Shown piece after piece: positions 9,578 to 18,420 of a stretch of 24,040 bases of DNA. The stretch's first letter is position 1; the number at the start of each line of letters is the position of its first letter. This DNA is from an uncultured virus (IMG/VR IMGVR_UViG_2061766007_000581). Taxonomy: Duplodnaviria > Heunggongvirae > Uroviricota > Caudoviricetes. The notes below the pieces were generated by a model that was not told the origin of the DNA, ran no database searches, and saw only the letters and a list, made by a program, of their open reading frames with translations. The stretch is from IMG/VR virus record IMGVR_UViG_2061766007_000581; one strand, given 5' to 3'. The position numbers were made by a program, and so were the translations under genes.

Positions 9578-9874
9578 TCACCAACTTCTTTCTACCCATT
9601 CGAATCTGATCTTCTTTGCCATCTTCGAATCGATATCGGGAAGCAATTCTTTTATGTCAATGTTCTTTTCTTCCTCCAAGAATTTCTTTCTATTCAGTCT
9701 GGTGATCTTGATACACTTTATGATACGATCACCCACCCTTCCATCAGGTATACATTCGAATTCGTCGAATAATTCTTCGGCAGTTGCCACCTCTTTCGTG
9801 ATGACATGTACACCATGATGGATGAATACTATGTATTCAGTGTTCTCTTTCGAATCCGCTGCGACTATATTCAT
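9578..9874 (-). CDS. Hypothetical protein, 98 aa
   Basis: GGAGG RBS. Confidence 0.75.
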   Translation of the reverse strand: MNIVAADSKENTEYIVFIHHGVHVITKEVATAEELFDEFECIPDGRVGDRIIKCIKITRLNRKKFLEEEKNIDIKELLPDIDSKMAKKIRFEWVERSW

Positions 9875-10292
9875 GCCTCCTGTTGTATGCTCTTTCGATC
9901 ACATCACAATCGATTATCTTATCGCATATCGTGTATCCGAAACTGTTCGAAACGATTCTAGCGACATCTTTGAGACTGCAATCTTCGGTCAGATCCAATG
10001 TATACTTGTCCTTGAAATCGATACGCGGTTCTCTTTTCGATCTGAATATGTCGACCGAAGATGAGAAGATTCCGATGGACATGATCGGCTTCTTACATTT
10101 GTGATCATATGATCTTCCTGTTCCTATGAGACAGACAAAGGTCTTGCTGTCCTCGTACACGGAATACCATCCCTCCCATTTTCCAGGTGTTTTCTTATTG
10201 TTCCTGAAATTCTTCGAGGTCTGATCGAAGACATCATCGAGATCCCCTGCATCAGTATTCTTTATGATGTTCATTTTCATATCCACATTCAT
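9837..10292 (-). CDS. Hypothetical protein
   Basis: TGATG overlap start (MNVDMK). Confidence 0.75.
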   Translation of the reverse strand: MNVDMKMNIIKNTDAGDLDDVFDQTSKNFRNNKKTPGKWEGWYSVYEDSKTFVCLIGTGRSYDHKCKKPIMSIGIFSSSVDIFRSKREPRIDFKDKYTLDLTEDCSLKDVARIVSNSFGYTICDKIIDCDVIERAYNRRHEYSRSGFEREH

Positions 10293-10807
10293 CAGTACCA
10301 CCCATCAATAAGACTCTCTACTTCCTTATCGATCATGTCGATGATGTATTCCGGCATGGGTATGCTGCATCTCTCGCCCCACCAGTATCCTTCTATGTTA
10401 CCTGTTTCTGTATCGATCCAGATACCTGGACCGCCAGTCGCCACACATATCTTGCATGACCTGTACGCTTTGTCTCCGCCGTAAAGATCGTAGACAACTC
10501 TCAGTCCGAAATTATCATACAGATAATAGTCACAGAAATACTGGTACCTTTCTCCGTCATAATCACATTCGGAACCGTCGATCATCTTTTGTTCCATCGT
10601 ATCGTAGACCATGCCTTCACCGAATTGTTCCAAGGTCTCGAGAATTCTTTCACAATATCCTTTCATATCCTTTTCAGTTTCTGTCAAGGTATGAGGAGCA
10701 AGTCTGTCACAGAGATCCGGAAGAAGTTGCTCGATGGACATCGCATATCCCATCAAACCCTCCTTCTTCATCGAATCGATGTATTCTTTTAGCTTCTCTA
10801 TTGCCAT
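10292..10807 (-). CDS. Conserved phage hypothetical protein (xxGGPxIWIDT...GYW type)
   Basis: AGGTGA RBS; YRSCKICVATGGPGIWIDT...IEGYWWGE. Confidence 0.8.
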   Translation of the reverse strand: MAIEKLKEYIDSMKKEGLMGYAMSIEQLLPDLCDRLAPHTLTETEKDMKGYCERILETLEQFGEGMVYDTMEQKMIDGSECDYDGERYQYFCDYYLYDNFGLRVVYDLYGGDKAYRSCKICVATGGPGIWIDTETGNIEGYWWGERCSIPMPEYIIDMIDKEVESLIDGWY

Positions 10808-10821
10808 GTTATCACCTTTGA

Positions 10822-10849
10822 TAAAAAGATAATCGGGACTTTCGTCCCG
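10822..10849 (-). terminator. Hairpin CGGGAC-GAAA-GTCCCG followed by ATTATCTTTTT
   Basis: Perfect 6-bp stem with GNRA loop 10 nt after a stop codon, then a T tract. Confidence 0.6.
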
Positions 10850-10858
10850 TAAATAGTT

Positions 10859-11479
10859 TTACATATCCGCTTTGAACATCAGACCATTCCACTTTATCCA
10901 GTCGTACAGATCCAGAATTTCTTTCTTGGATACTTCTGCCTTATCGATCATACAATCGAAGTTCATCAGACTCTGTCTGAGATCATTGTACATCATTTTG
11001 GCTGCAGTTCTGATCACATCCTCGGATGCTTCCTTCAGACGTTTATCCAGAACGATCACGCCGAGTGTGGCAGCGGTATGTCCGACGGTTCCTTTCTCTT
11101 TCATGGTCCAGTAGACAGGTATGCCGTTGATCTCCATGAAAGGTTCTCTCTCGTAACCATTTCTGGAAAGGAACACTGGCCTCTGTTTTTCTCTCATCTC
11201 TTGTGAGATAAGTTCAGCATTCAGACGACTGGAGTATCTTCTGTGTGGAAGATCGATCATCTTTTCAAAGGTTATGTCTATGAGATCACCCATGCTTTCA
11301 GATGACATACCAATAAGATAATCACTTACCTTTATCTCTGCCCATTTGTACTTGATGTGAGACCAGGATACCTTGAACCTCTCATACTTCTCGAAGGTTG
11401 CAGTGACTTCAGAGTATCCGTATTTCTTTCCGATCTCTGTTGCAATCTCCGTGAGCTGATCATTATTGTATACATTCAT
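10859..11479 (-). CDS. DUF45/YgjP (SprT-like) metallopeptidase homologue lacking HExxH
   Basis: IGKKYGYSEVTATF..Y..FKVSW...KWAEIKVSDYL...QRPVFLSR...YWT...VGH....GVIVL resembles a Methanomassiliicoccales family (recalled); no HExxH present. Confidence 0.6.
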   Translation of the reverse strand: MNVYNNDQLTEIATEIGKKYGYSEVTATFEKYERFKVSWSHIKYKWAEIKVSDYLIGMSSESMGDLIDITFEKMIDLPHRRYSSRLNAELISQEMREKQRPVFLSRNGYEREPFMEINGIPVYWTMKEKGTVGHTAATLGVIVLDKRLKEASEDVIRTAAKMMYNDLRQSLMNFDCMIDKAEVSKKEILDLYDWIKWNGLMFKADM

Positions 11480-11925
11480 CAGTACCACGGCTCCTCATTC
11501 ATCTTTTCATCTACACGACTGTCGATCTCGGTATCGATCTCTATACGAAGATCGGATATGATCTCTTTGGCCAGATCTAGAAGTGTCTTATCACCGAAAT
11601 GATAATTCTCTTTGAATTCAAGATCGATATCGATATCCATCTCATCGAATCTGTCGACATCTTTCTGGATATTTTCACATACAGATCCGCTCAGTGACAG
11701 TTCGCATGCCATACTGCTGTCGTCATACACCGAATTATCTACAGAGATCGTGACACCGGTATCATCGATCATGTAATCGATGTAATGAATGAAGAGATCG
11801 TCCGCAGTATAATCTATACCGGGAACAGGTTCGTATCCGAATGCCGGAAGATATCTTGCAGGAACCTCTGCAAGATATTCTTCCATCTCATTCTGTTTCC
11901 ATTCTTCTATTCTCTTCTTCACCAT
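11479..11925 (-). CDS. Hypothetical acidic protein, 148 aa
   Basis: ORF track; overlap coupling. Confidence 0.8.
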   Translation of the reverse strand: MVKKRIEEWKQNEMEEYLAEVPARYLPAFGYEPVPGIDYTADDLFIHYIDYMIDDTGVTISVDNSVYDDSSMACELSLSGSVCENIQKDVDRFDEMDIDIDLEFKENYHFGDKTLLDLAKEIISDLRIEIDTEIDSRVDEKMNEEPWY

Positions 11926-12347
11926 TCCAATTCCTCCATCGTGTATTCTCCTGTTTTATCTTTGTCCTTATCTATCAGAGGACGCAGCACGAATATGTTG
12001 CACCCGTCATGATGCCATGCCTTCACGAGTACAGAATTATTCGGAGCAGTTGTCTTCCATTGTGCCGAATATCTCTGAAGCTCGGAGACATCCTGTTCTT
12101 CATCGACGAAATATATCTCGAAGGCTCTGATGTCACTGTTGAACATCTTCATGAAATCATCGAACGAGAATGCTTTCACGGGAAGAATATCATGAGGCCC
12201 GTCCCATCTGCCGAGACGGCCTGTGATCAGGATGCCAGGATGGTTCTTCACCATCCTGTTGTACAATGCTTCGAGATCCTCCAGGACGAAATCGAATTCA
12301 TCTCTGTCGGCGATGTTGTCCTCATCAAAGCACATCAGGCTTCTCAT
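11919..12347 (-). CDS. Hypothetical protein (GRLGRWDG...HHDG motifs); start uncertain
   Basis: AGGTG RBS before MRSLMCF. Confidence 0.7.
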   Translation of the reverse strand: MRSLMCFDEDNIADRDEFDFVLEDLEALYNRMVKNHPGILITGRLGRWDGPHDILPVKAFSFDDFMKMFNSDIRAFEIYFVDEEQDVSELQRYSAQWKTTAPNNSVLVKAWHHDGCNIFVLRPLIDKDKDKTGEYTMEELEW

Positions 12348-13929
12348 CGCTGCCACCTTCATCGAAGTCTTCCAGAGTGACATCGTCCTTATCGATGTCC
12401 TCACCCTTGCAGTACTTCTCCCATCTCCTAGAGATCTTTACACCGATCTTGTTGAGCTCTTCCATCTCCTTCTCGGTAGCATACCTGTTGAACTTACCGC
12501 GGATCTGGATCATCTCATATGTCTTCGGTGATATCTCCACAGTGAGCAGTGTCTTCTCATCACCCTTTGGCCTGAATGAACCGACGATGGTATCTCCGTT
12601 GGCACACCTGGTGATGTATGATGCCACACAGTTGGAGTTCTGAGCTGCCTCGTCTGCGAAGTCCTGAGACTTCCTGAGCACGCGGAACTGGTATCCTTTC
12701 GTGTTGACATCACAGATCTTCGAAGCCAGAGCTGTTGCATCCATGAGCTTCTTCTCTTCGATGGTGTTCTTGATGAGATCGAATTTCTCGCTGTAGATAT
12801 CGTGATCGATCTGAAGATACTCGGGATACTTCTCCTTGATCTTGTCATCCACATACTGACACATGAGGATGTAATCCTTCCAGAGATCGATGTAGTTGTC
12901 CAGACTCTTCCCTCTTCCTATGCATGTTGCATACAGGATGTATTCCCAGAATCTCTTCTTGTCGAATTGTATGGCCAACTCATCGAGCCTTGGATTCTTC
13001 CCTTCATACAGAAGCGAAGGCCCGCCGACATGCTCGCCGTCCACTCTCTGGTTGTAGTCCCTCTTGACATTCGACTTCCTGTTCGTCAGGGTGAACAGCG
13101 AGAGGAGTTTCTTACCATTGAGACCGCTCAGATTCAGATCATTCAGGTATTCTTCCATGCATTTCATAGCGAATGGTTCATCGTATCTGTTAGCGATGAC
13201 GATGAATGCATCGAGCGCATCCCTCTTCACATGCTTCAGGCCATTGTCGATCTCATCTCTGCCGGTTCTGCCGTAGTATCCTCTCGAGGTCGTGTAGATG
13301 CTCTTCAATGCTTCACTCTGAGACAGACCGAATGTGTTCATCTCATGTTCGACAGCATATCTTATGATCTTCGGATGGATGTTGTTGAACATCTGTTCCG
13401 ACATCCTGTTGATCTTCACGATCTCATCATCCCAGCTGTCCTCTCCGATGAACCACGGCGAACATTTGTCTCCGTATCTGTCTGCGTATCCTTCGAGAAG
13501 ACATTCGAGATCATACACTCCCATCTTCGCAAGCTTGATGCACTTGTGTGAGTGGATGAATGCCCACAGTGCCTTGATGTATGATGCTCCTTTCCTCAGG
13601 TAAGGGATGGCCGTGCATCCTGTCTTCACAGGATGAATATCCAGATCTCCGTCAAGGAATGATGCGAGTGTTCTCTCACTCACTTCAAGAAGCTTGCCCT
13701 TCTCCTTCATCATGATGACAGGCTTGCCATCCTCATCGACCTGCGAAAGAAGCAAGACCAATGTCCTTGTCTCCTTGTCATTCAGGATACGTGTGACCAT
13801 CATGTCGATTCCTGATGCTTCGATCTTGTAGGTCACTACTTTCTTGTTGTTCTTCTTCTGAGTCTCGAGACTCTCCCTCTTGTCAAGATCCTTCATCAGA
13901 TCTTTGACTGCATTTCCGAATTCACTCAT
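12325..13929 (-). CDS. PcfJ-domain protein, 534 aa
   Basis: C-terminal WKDYILMC...YPEYLQIDHD...DFADEAAQNSNCVASY..RCANG...LLTVEI...QIRGKFNR; GGAGGT RBS. Confidence 0.85.
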   Translation of the reverse strand: MSEFGNAVKDLMKDLDKRESLETQKKNNKKVVTYKIEASGIDMMVTRILNDKETRTLVLLLSQVDEDGKPVIMMKEKGKLLEVSERTLASFLDGDLDIHPVKTGCTAIPYLRKGASYIKALWAFIHSHKCIKLAKMGVYDLECLLEGYADRYGDKCSPWFIGEDSWDDEIVKINRMSEQMFNNIHPKIIRYAVEHEMNTFGLSQSEALKSIYTTSRGYYGRTGRDEIDNGLKHVKRDALDAFIVIANRYDEPFAMKCMEEYLNDLNLSGLNGKKLLSLFTLTNRKSNVKRDYNQRVDGEHVGGPSLLYEGKNPRLDELAIQFDKKRFWEYILYATCIGRGKSLDNYIDLWKDYILMCQYVDDKIKEKYPEYLQIDHDIYSEKFDLIKNTIEEKKLMDATALASKICDVNTKGYQFRVLRKSQDFADEAAQNSNCVASYITRCANGDTIVGSFRPKGDEKTLLTVEISPKTYEMIQIRGKFNRYATEKEMEELNKIGVKISRRWEKYCKGEDIDKDDVTLEDFDEGGSDEKPDVL

Positions 13930-14931
13930 TCTTCTTACCTCCTATAATAGGATCCAANNNNNNNNNNNNNNNNNNNNNNNNNNNNNNNNNNNNNNNNNNN
14001 NNNNNNNNNNNNNNNNNNNNNNNNNNNNNNNNNNNNNNNNNNNNNNNNNNNNNNNNNNNNNNNNNNNNNNNNNNNNNNNNNNNNNNNNNNNNNNNNNNNN
14101 NNNNNNNNNNNNNNNNNNNNNNNNNNNNNNNNNNNNNNNNNNNNNNNNNNNNNNNNNNNNNNNNNNNNNNNNNNNNNNNNNNNNNNNNNNNNNNNNNNNN
14201 NNNNNNNNNNNNNNNNNNNNNNNNNNNNNNNNNNNNNNNNNNNNNNNNNNNNNNNNNNNNNNNNNNNNNNNNNNNNNNNNNNNNNNNNNNNNNNNNNNNN
14301 NNNNNNNNNNNNNNNNNNNNNNNNNNNNNNNNNNNNNNNNNNNNNNNNNNNNNNNNNNNNNNNNNNNNNNNNNNNNNNNNNNNNNNNNNNNNNNNNNNNN
14401 NNNNNNNNNNNNNNNNNNNNNNNNNNNNNNNNNNNNNNNNNNNNNNNNNNNNNNNNNNNNNNNNNNNNNNNNNNNNNNNNNNNNNNNNNNNNNNNNNNNN
14501 NNNNNNNNNNNNNNNNNNNNNNNNNNNNNNNNNNNNNNNNNNNNNNNNNNNNNNNNNNNNNNNNNNNNNNNNNNNNNNNNNNNNNNNNNNNNNNNNNNNN
14601 NNNNNNNNNNNNNNNNNNNNNNNNNNNNNNNNNNNNNNNNNNNNNNNNNNNNNNNNNNNNNNNNNNNNNNNNNNNNNNNNNNNNNNNNNNNNNNNNNNNN
14701 NNNNNNNNNNNNNNNNNNNNNNNNNNNNNNNNNNNNNNNNNNNNNNNNNNNNNNNNNNNNNNNNNNNNNNNNNNNNNNNNNNNNNNNNNNNNNNNNNNNN
14801 NNNNNNNNNNNNNNNNNNNNNNNNNNNNNNNNNNNNNNNNNNNNNNNNNNNNNNNNNNNNNNNNNNNNNNNNNNNNNNNNNNNNNNNNNNNNNNNNNNNN
14901 NNNNNNNNNNNNNNNNNNNNNNNNNNNNNNN

Positions 14932-15274
14932 TCTTGTCTCATTGTATCCATAAGGAATGATGGTGTTAAAATGGTTGATACAATATATCTCTGCATCATC
15001 CAAGTATTCGAGTTTGGTTTCACACAATATCTCGGCAGTGAATTCTGCACCAGATCTTATCAGATTATCAACTGATATCCTTTTGGATACANNNNNNNNN
15101 NNNNNNNNNNNNNNNNATCGTCTGTCCAATGTAGTCCTTTCTGCTCTTGATAAAGTGGTAGCGATAGATGAACCCGTGGCCCTCTTTAGGCTTGCGAGAG
15201 AACTCAGGGTCATCGATGTTCACACAGTTGCGTTTGATCTGCGTATATCTTTTAGAAGTCCTCTCTTTCTTCAT
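14932..15274 (-). CDS. GIY-YIG (homing-type) endonuclease, gapped, 3' end missing
   Basis: GFIYRY...YIGQT and EIL...LDDAEIYCINHFNTIIPYGYNET on either side of a small gap. Confidence 0.8.
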
Positions 15275-15488
15275 CAGAACCACACGCCCAAGTGCTCATT
15301 NNNNNNNNNNNNNNNNNNNNNNNNNNCATCATCAGGTCCTTGATGATGTCACGAAGCTTGCCTATCTCTATGAAGTCCAGAGAGTTCTCGGCCTGCTGTG
15401 AGAACTCCATCTCATTGAGCTCGGTAGCTGCTCTGTCCACTGCAGCAAGGATGAAGTCTATATCCTCACGTGTCGCTTTCTGTGTCAT
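15274..15488 (-). CDS. Small hypothetical protein spanning a gap
   Basis: MTQKATREDIDF...; likely ends ...NEHLGVWF* with TGATG overlap. Confidence 0.65.
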
Positions 15489-15608
15489 TGTTTCACCATC
15501 TGTTTAGTTCTTATGACAACATCCACCATCTCGCTGACAAGTCTGATGTATCTTGCCATGGTGTCGTGAGACTTCTTATAATCCAGTCCGCAATGCATCC
15601 TAGTGATC
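15485..15608 (-). CDS. C-terminal fragment, diverged allele or paralogue of 16842-17219
   Basis: ITRMHCGLDYKKSHDTMARYIRLVSEMVDVVIRTK vs ITRMHCGLEHMKSRDTMTRYVKLVSEMVDMVIRTK. Confidence 0.7.
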
Positions 15609-15620
15609 NNNNNNNNNNGG

Positions 15621-15653
15621 ACAACCGTCCCCCTCTCCGCGACTCGGCGGGAA
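15621..15653. repeat. 33-bp inverted copy of 21275-21307
   Basis: ACAACCGTCCCCCTCTCCGCGACTCGGCGGGAA, exact reverse complement. Confidence 0.95.
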
Positions 15654-15680
15654 CATGCATAAGGACTTTCGGAACACGAT

Positions 15681-15703
15681 TTACACTCAATGATTGATTT
15701 TCG
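15681..15703 (+). promoter_or_regulatory. Element-specific promoter-like motif, plus-strand copy
   Basis: TTACACTCAATG-ATTGATTTTC-G directly before GGTGA RBS; 22/23 identical to the reverse complement of 22079-22101. Confidence 0.75.
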
Positions 15704-15711
15704 GTGATAAT

Positions 15712-16056
15712 ATGATTGATATGTACGGCAATTACAGGGAAGAGAAGAACGACACATCTGACCACCTCGAGCTCGCAGGGCTGATGACCGATGTCGCGGA
15801 ATGCATCTCGAGGAATATGGTCAGGGCAGGCGTCATCGACAGGAAGGAAGGCAGCTACTTCGGTCTCGGTGCAGGCGCCTTCCTGCACGAGACCGTCGGC
15901 GACGAGATATTCCAGTTCGCAGCGAGGAATGAATCGGTGTCGAAGCTGGCATTCACCGTGTGCTATCTCTACGAACAGGCCCATCCCGGAGAAATGGTGT
16001 CCGTCGGCAAGGAGATGGCAGAGAGCGCCGGCGTAGATCTGGAGGCGGAAGAATGA
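15712..16056 (+). CDS. Hypothetical protein
   Basis: GGTGA RBS, MIDMYGNY... Confidence 0.8.
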   Translation: MIDMYGNYREEKNDTSDHLELAGLMTDVAECISRNMVRAGVIDRKEGSYFGLGAGAFLHETVGDEIFQFAARNESVSKLAFTVCYLYEQAHPGEMVSVGKEMAESAGVDLEAEE

Positions 16057-16496
16057 GGAGCAGCAACTACCACATCATGGATGGGAAGATCATCTCGTGG
16101 TGCAGTGTCTGCGGCATGCGTTTCGTCGTCCCCTGCTCGGAAGAGCAGGAGAAGCGCCTGGAAGAGGAATGCATCCAGGATGTCTTCCCCGATTCCAGCG
16201 ACGATTTCAGGAACTGCATGATCGGCGAGGGCGTCTGCTGTTTCTGCGAGAACATCGACACCACCTTCGTAACTCCCGAATTCGAGAAGAGTGTAGCTGA
16301 TGGTGTCAACGAGATACTTAAGATGTCCAATCTGAGTTACCGTGTGTACGATATCGAACAAGCCCGTCAGCTCGTCGTCGACATGTGGTGCGGAGCGAAC
16401 CCGGATGATGATGATTACGAAGATGTGAGGGCAGTCGTGTTCCTCATCAGGAAGTACGTCAACGCCAGGTATGACTATCTTTTCGATGGTGAATGA
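16053..16496 (+). CDS. Phage-type zinc-binding protein (CxxCG...IQDVFPD...CxxC)
   Basis: ATGA overlap; CSVC, IQDVFPDSSDDFR, CCFC. Confidence 0.75.
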   Translation: MRSSNYHIMDGKIISWCSVCGMRFVVPCSEEQEKRLEEECIQDVFPDSSDDFRNCMIGEGVCCFCENIDTTFVTPEFEKSVADGVNEILKMSNLSYRVYDIEQARQLVVDMWCGANPDDDDYEDVRAVVFLIRKYVNARYDYLFDGE

Positions 16497-16497
16497 G

Positions 16498-16650
16498 ATG
16501 GAACAATACTATTTCGCCGAAAGATACGACCCCAACCCTTCCGTCGAGAGGGTGCAGGCGGTCATCAGGGTACTGCAGCCGTCCGCATCATCGCCTATTG
16601 TGGTGCAGAGGTGGAATCTTTTTGACTTGACTTTCGAATCACAATGTTTC
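16498..16650 (+). CDS. N-terminal part of hypothetical protein; allele of 20167-20442
   Basis: GGTGA RBS, MEQYYFAERYDPNPSVERV; 16528-16650 is the reverse complement of 20320-20442 with 5 mismatches. Confidence 0.7.
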
Positions 16651-16660
16651 NNNNNNNNNN

Positions 16661-16845
16661 CTATCCGCTATGAATGCATAATGGATCTGATACCCTATGT
16701 CCATCTGAGCTCTGGCGATCCTGCCGTCCAGTGTAGTGCGCCAGCGATCGGTGCGTGCTTTACTGTACTTATCTTCGAGATCCCTGATGTTCATGATCTC
16801 TGAGATTATCGCATTCTCTACATCCTCATCACAGATTATCATCAT
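16661..16845 (-). CDS. Hypothetical protein, 3' end in gap
   Basis: ATGA overlap; GGTGA RBS. Confidence 0.7.
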
Positions 16846-17219
16846 GATCTCTTCACCGCCAGCTTCGTCCTGATCACCATGTCGACCATCTCGCTGACAA
16901 GTTTGACATATCTTGTCATGGTATCACGAGACTTCATATGCTCCAACCCGCAATGCATCCTGGTGATCTCCTCGTGTATGACGATGTCATCCACAGTCGC
17001 TCTGACATAGAGCCCTTCTCCATCCAGTTCGATGTGGATGTTCCATTCCGTTTCGGATGGGCTGTCACCGTCGGAGACATAGACGCCGCCATTATACTCT
17101 ATCCAGTCACCATCATCGTCGCTCTCATACTGAGGCCTTACCTTTTCTCCGAAGACCTCGATAGTCTCGGGTACCGAGACTTCTATCTTTGCAGTCAGTT
17201 CGAATTCAGTTGTGTTCAT
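16842..17219 (-). CDS. Hypothetical protein, 125 aa
   Basis: GAGGTGA RBS; ATGA overlap. Confidence 0.8.
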   Translation of the reverse strand: MNTTEFELTAKIEVSVPETIEVFGEKVRPQYESDDDGDWIEYNGGVYVSDGDSPSETEWNIHIELDGEGLYVRATVDDIVIHEEITRMHCGLEHMKSRDTMTRYVKLVSEMVDMVIRTKLAVKRS

Positions 17220-17389
17220 TCTTTCACCTCGAATTCATATATCTCCCGATCGATCCAGTCATTCTTTTCATTCAGTTCTTTCAATCTATTTTTTGCATCC
17301 TTCTTTTTAAGATAGACACAATCATCAACTATCATGTAGTCTGGATAGTATTGGTCTTCACATCTCTCGATCACAGCATACACTTTCAT
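17216..17389 (-). CDS. Small hypothetical protein, 57 aa (not in ORF track)
   Basis: MKVYAVIERCEDQYY...VYLKKKDAKNRL...IYEFEVKE*; fills the gap exactly. Confidence 0.75.
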   Translation of the reverse strand: MKVYAVIERCEDQYYPDYMIVDDCVYLKKKDAKNRLKELNEKNDWIDREIYEFEVKE

Positions 17390-17665
17390 TCAATCATCTT
17401 CTTTTTCATTGATTGGTTGTGCTACCTTCATAGGCGTATCATCTTTACCTATCATGCATGCCATGACATTGCCTTTCATACTATTCAACTGACGTATCAT
17501 CTCATTCAGCATCGGGTTGATTGTCTTGTGTATCGGTGAAGGTACGCGATAATCGACTGCGATCCTGCCTAACTGTTCGATGATGAAATCAAATCTTTCT
17601 GCGATCGCTCCGCCGTTTATCATCCTGGCAACTTTCCTCATTTCCTTTATGTCTTCTCCAGTCAT
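17390..17665 (-). CDS. Hypothetical protein
   Basis: GGTGA RBS, MTGEDIKEM; ATGA overlap. Confidence 0.75.
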   Translation of the reverse strand: MTGEDIKEMRKVARMINGGAIAERFDFIIEQLGRIAVDYRVPSPIHKTINPMLNEMIRQLNSMKGNVMACMIGKDDTPMKVAQPINEKEDD

Positions 17666-18219
17666 TCTTTCACCCTCTCTTTTCTTAATTTGAAATGTTT
17701 GCACCAGGCGAATCTGTATGTTTGGATATTGAGTTCGTCACAGACATACTTGATCGCTCCGTCTCCATATTCTGCCACCCTACTATGTTCACAGTCGATA
17801 CAAGCACAAGTACCATCAGTACATTGCTCGTAGCCTGCTTCCTTGCATCTATCTAATGCAGGAGTTGTACTCTCTGTATCCTTCCTGTATATCTCGTTGA
17901 CATCATGCCAGATGTCTTTGGTGATATGGCCGAGCCTCTTATTCCTTACCTCTGTGCCCAGTCCTTCACTCTCGTATTCGATGCGGACATATCTGCCTTC
18001 GAGCTCACACCAATCTTTTACCTCGGCGACCTCCATCAATCTCAGAAGATCCTCCGCAGCATATGACTGCTGACCGACACCACCCAGGTTGCACATGCCG
18101 TACCCGAGACTGAATCCGTTGTCCATCTCCAGTGTCAGGAAGTATGTGAGCATCGAGTACCCATCATTCCATCCAGATAGTTCTGCCTTCATGATCTGCG
18201 CGTTGTGTATCTCTTTCAT
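17662..18219 (-). CDS. Conserved phage hypothetical protein with Cys-rich C-terminal extension
   Basis: EIHNAQI...LT.FL.L...G.G...LMEVAEV..W.EL.GRYVR...LGHITKDIW; C-terminal CxC-xx-C...C...C. Confidence 0.8.
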   Translation of the reverse strand: MKEIHNAQIMKAELSGWNDGYSMLTYFLTLEMDNGFSLGYGMCNLGGVGQQSYAAEDLLRLMEVAEVKDWCELEGRYVRIEYESEGLGTEVRNKRLGHITKDIWHDVNEIYRKDTESTTPALDRCKEAGYEQCTDGTCACIDCEHSRVAEYGDGAIKYVCDELNIQTYRFAWCKHFKLRKERVKE

Positions 18220-18419
18220 TCTCTCGCCTTCCTTTTCTTCCTTTCTCTTATCCTGTACCTTATATTCCACCAGACCTCCGAGCCATATTCATAGATGATT
18301 ATGGCACCGATGATGCCAAGCACGACGACGATAGGTATCACCACTGAATACAATACCCATTCCCACACACTGATCTCATCCTTGAGCAACAGGATGTCCC
18401 ATAATGAAAGATCACCCAT
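18216..18419 (-). CDS. Small single-pass membrane protein
   Basis: Hydrophobic WVLYSVVIPIVVVLGIIGAIIIY, basic tail. Confidence 0.75.
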   Translation of the reverse strand: MGDLSLWDILLLKDEISVWEWVLYSVVIPIVVVLGIIGAIIIYEYGSEVWWNIRYRIRERKKRKARE

Positions 18420-18420
18420 G

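Noticed and set aside
14..13603. Many plus-strand ORFs in the track (e.g. 525-1019, 1382-1963, 8422-9006, 12802-13551)
   Set aside because: Antisense shadows of coupled minus-strand genes; no RBS and atypical composition
13935..14931. Long X-filled ORFs across gaps (also 3735-4613 and 20589-21270)
   Set aside because: Artefacts of translating N runs
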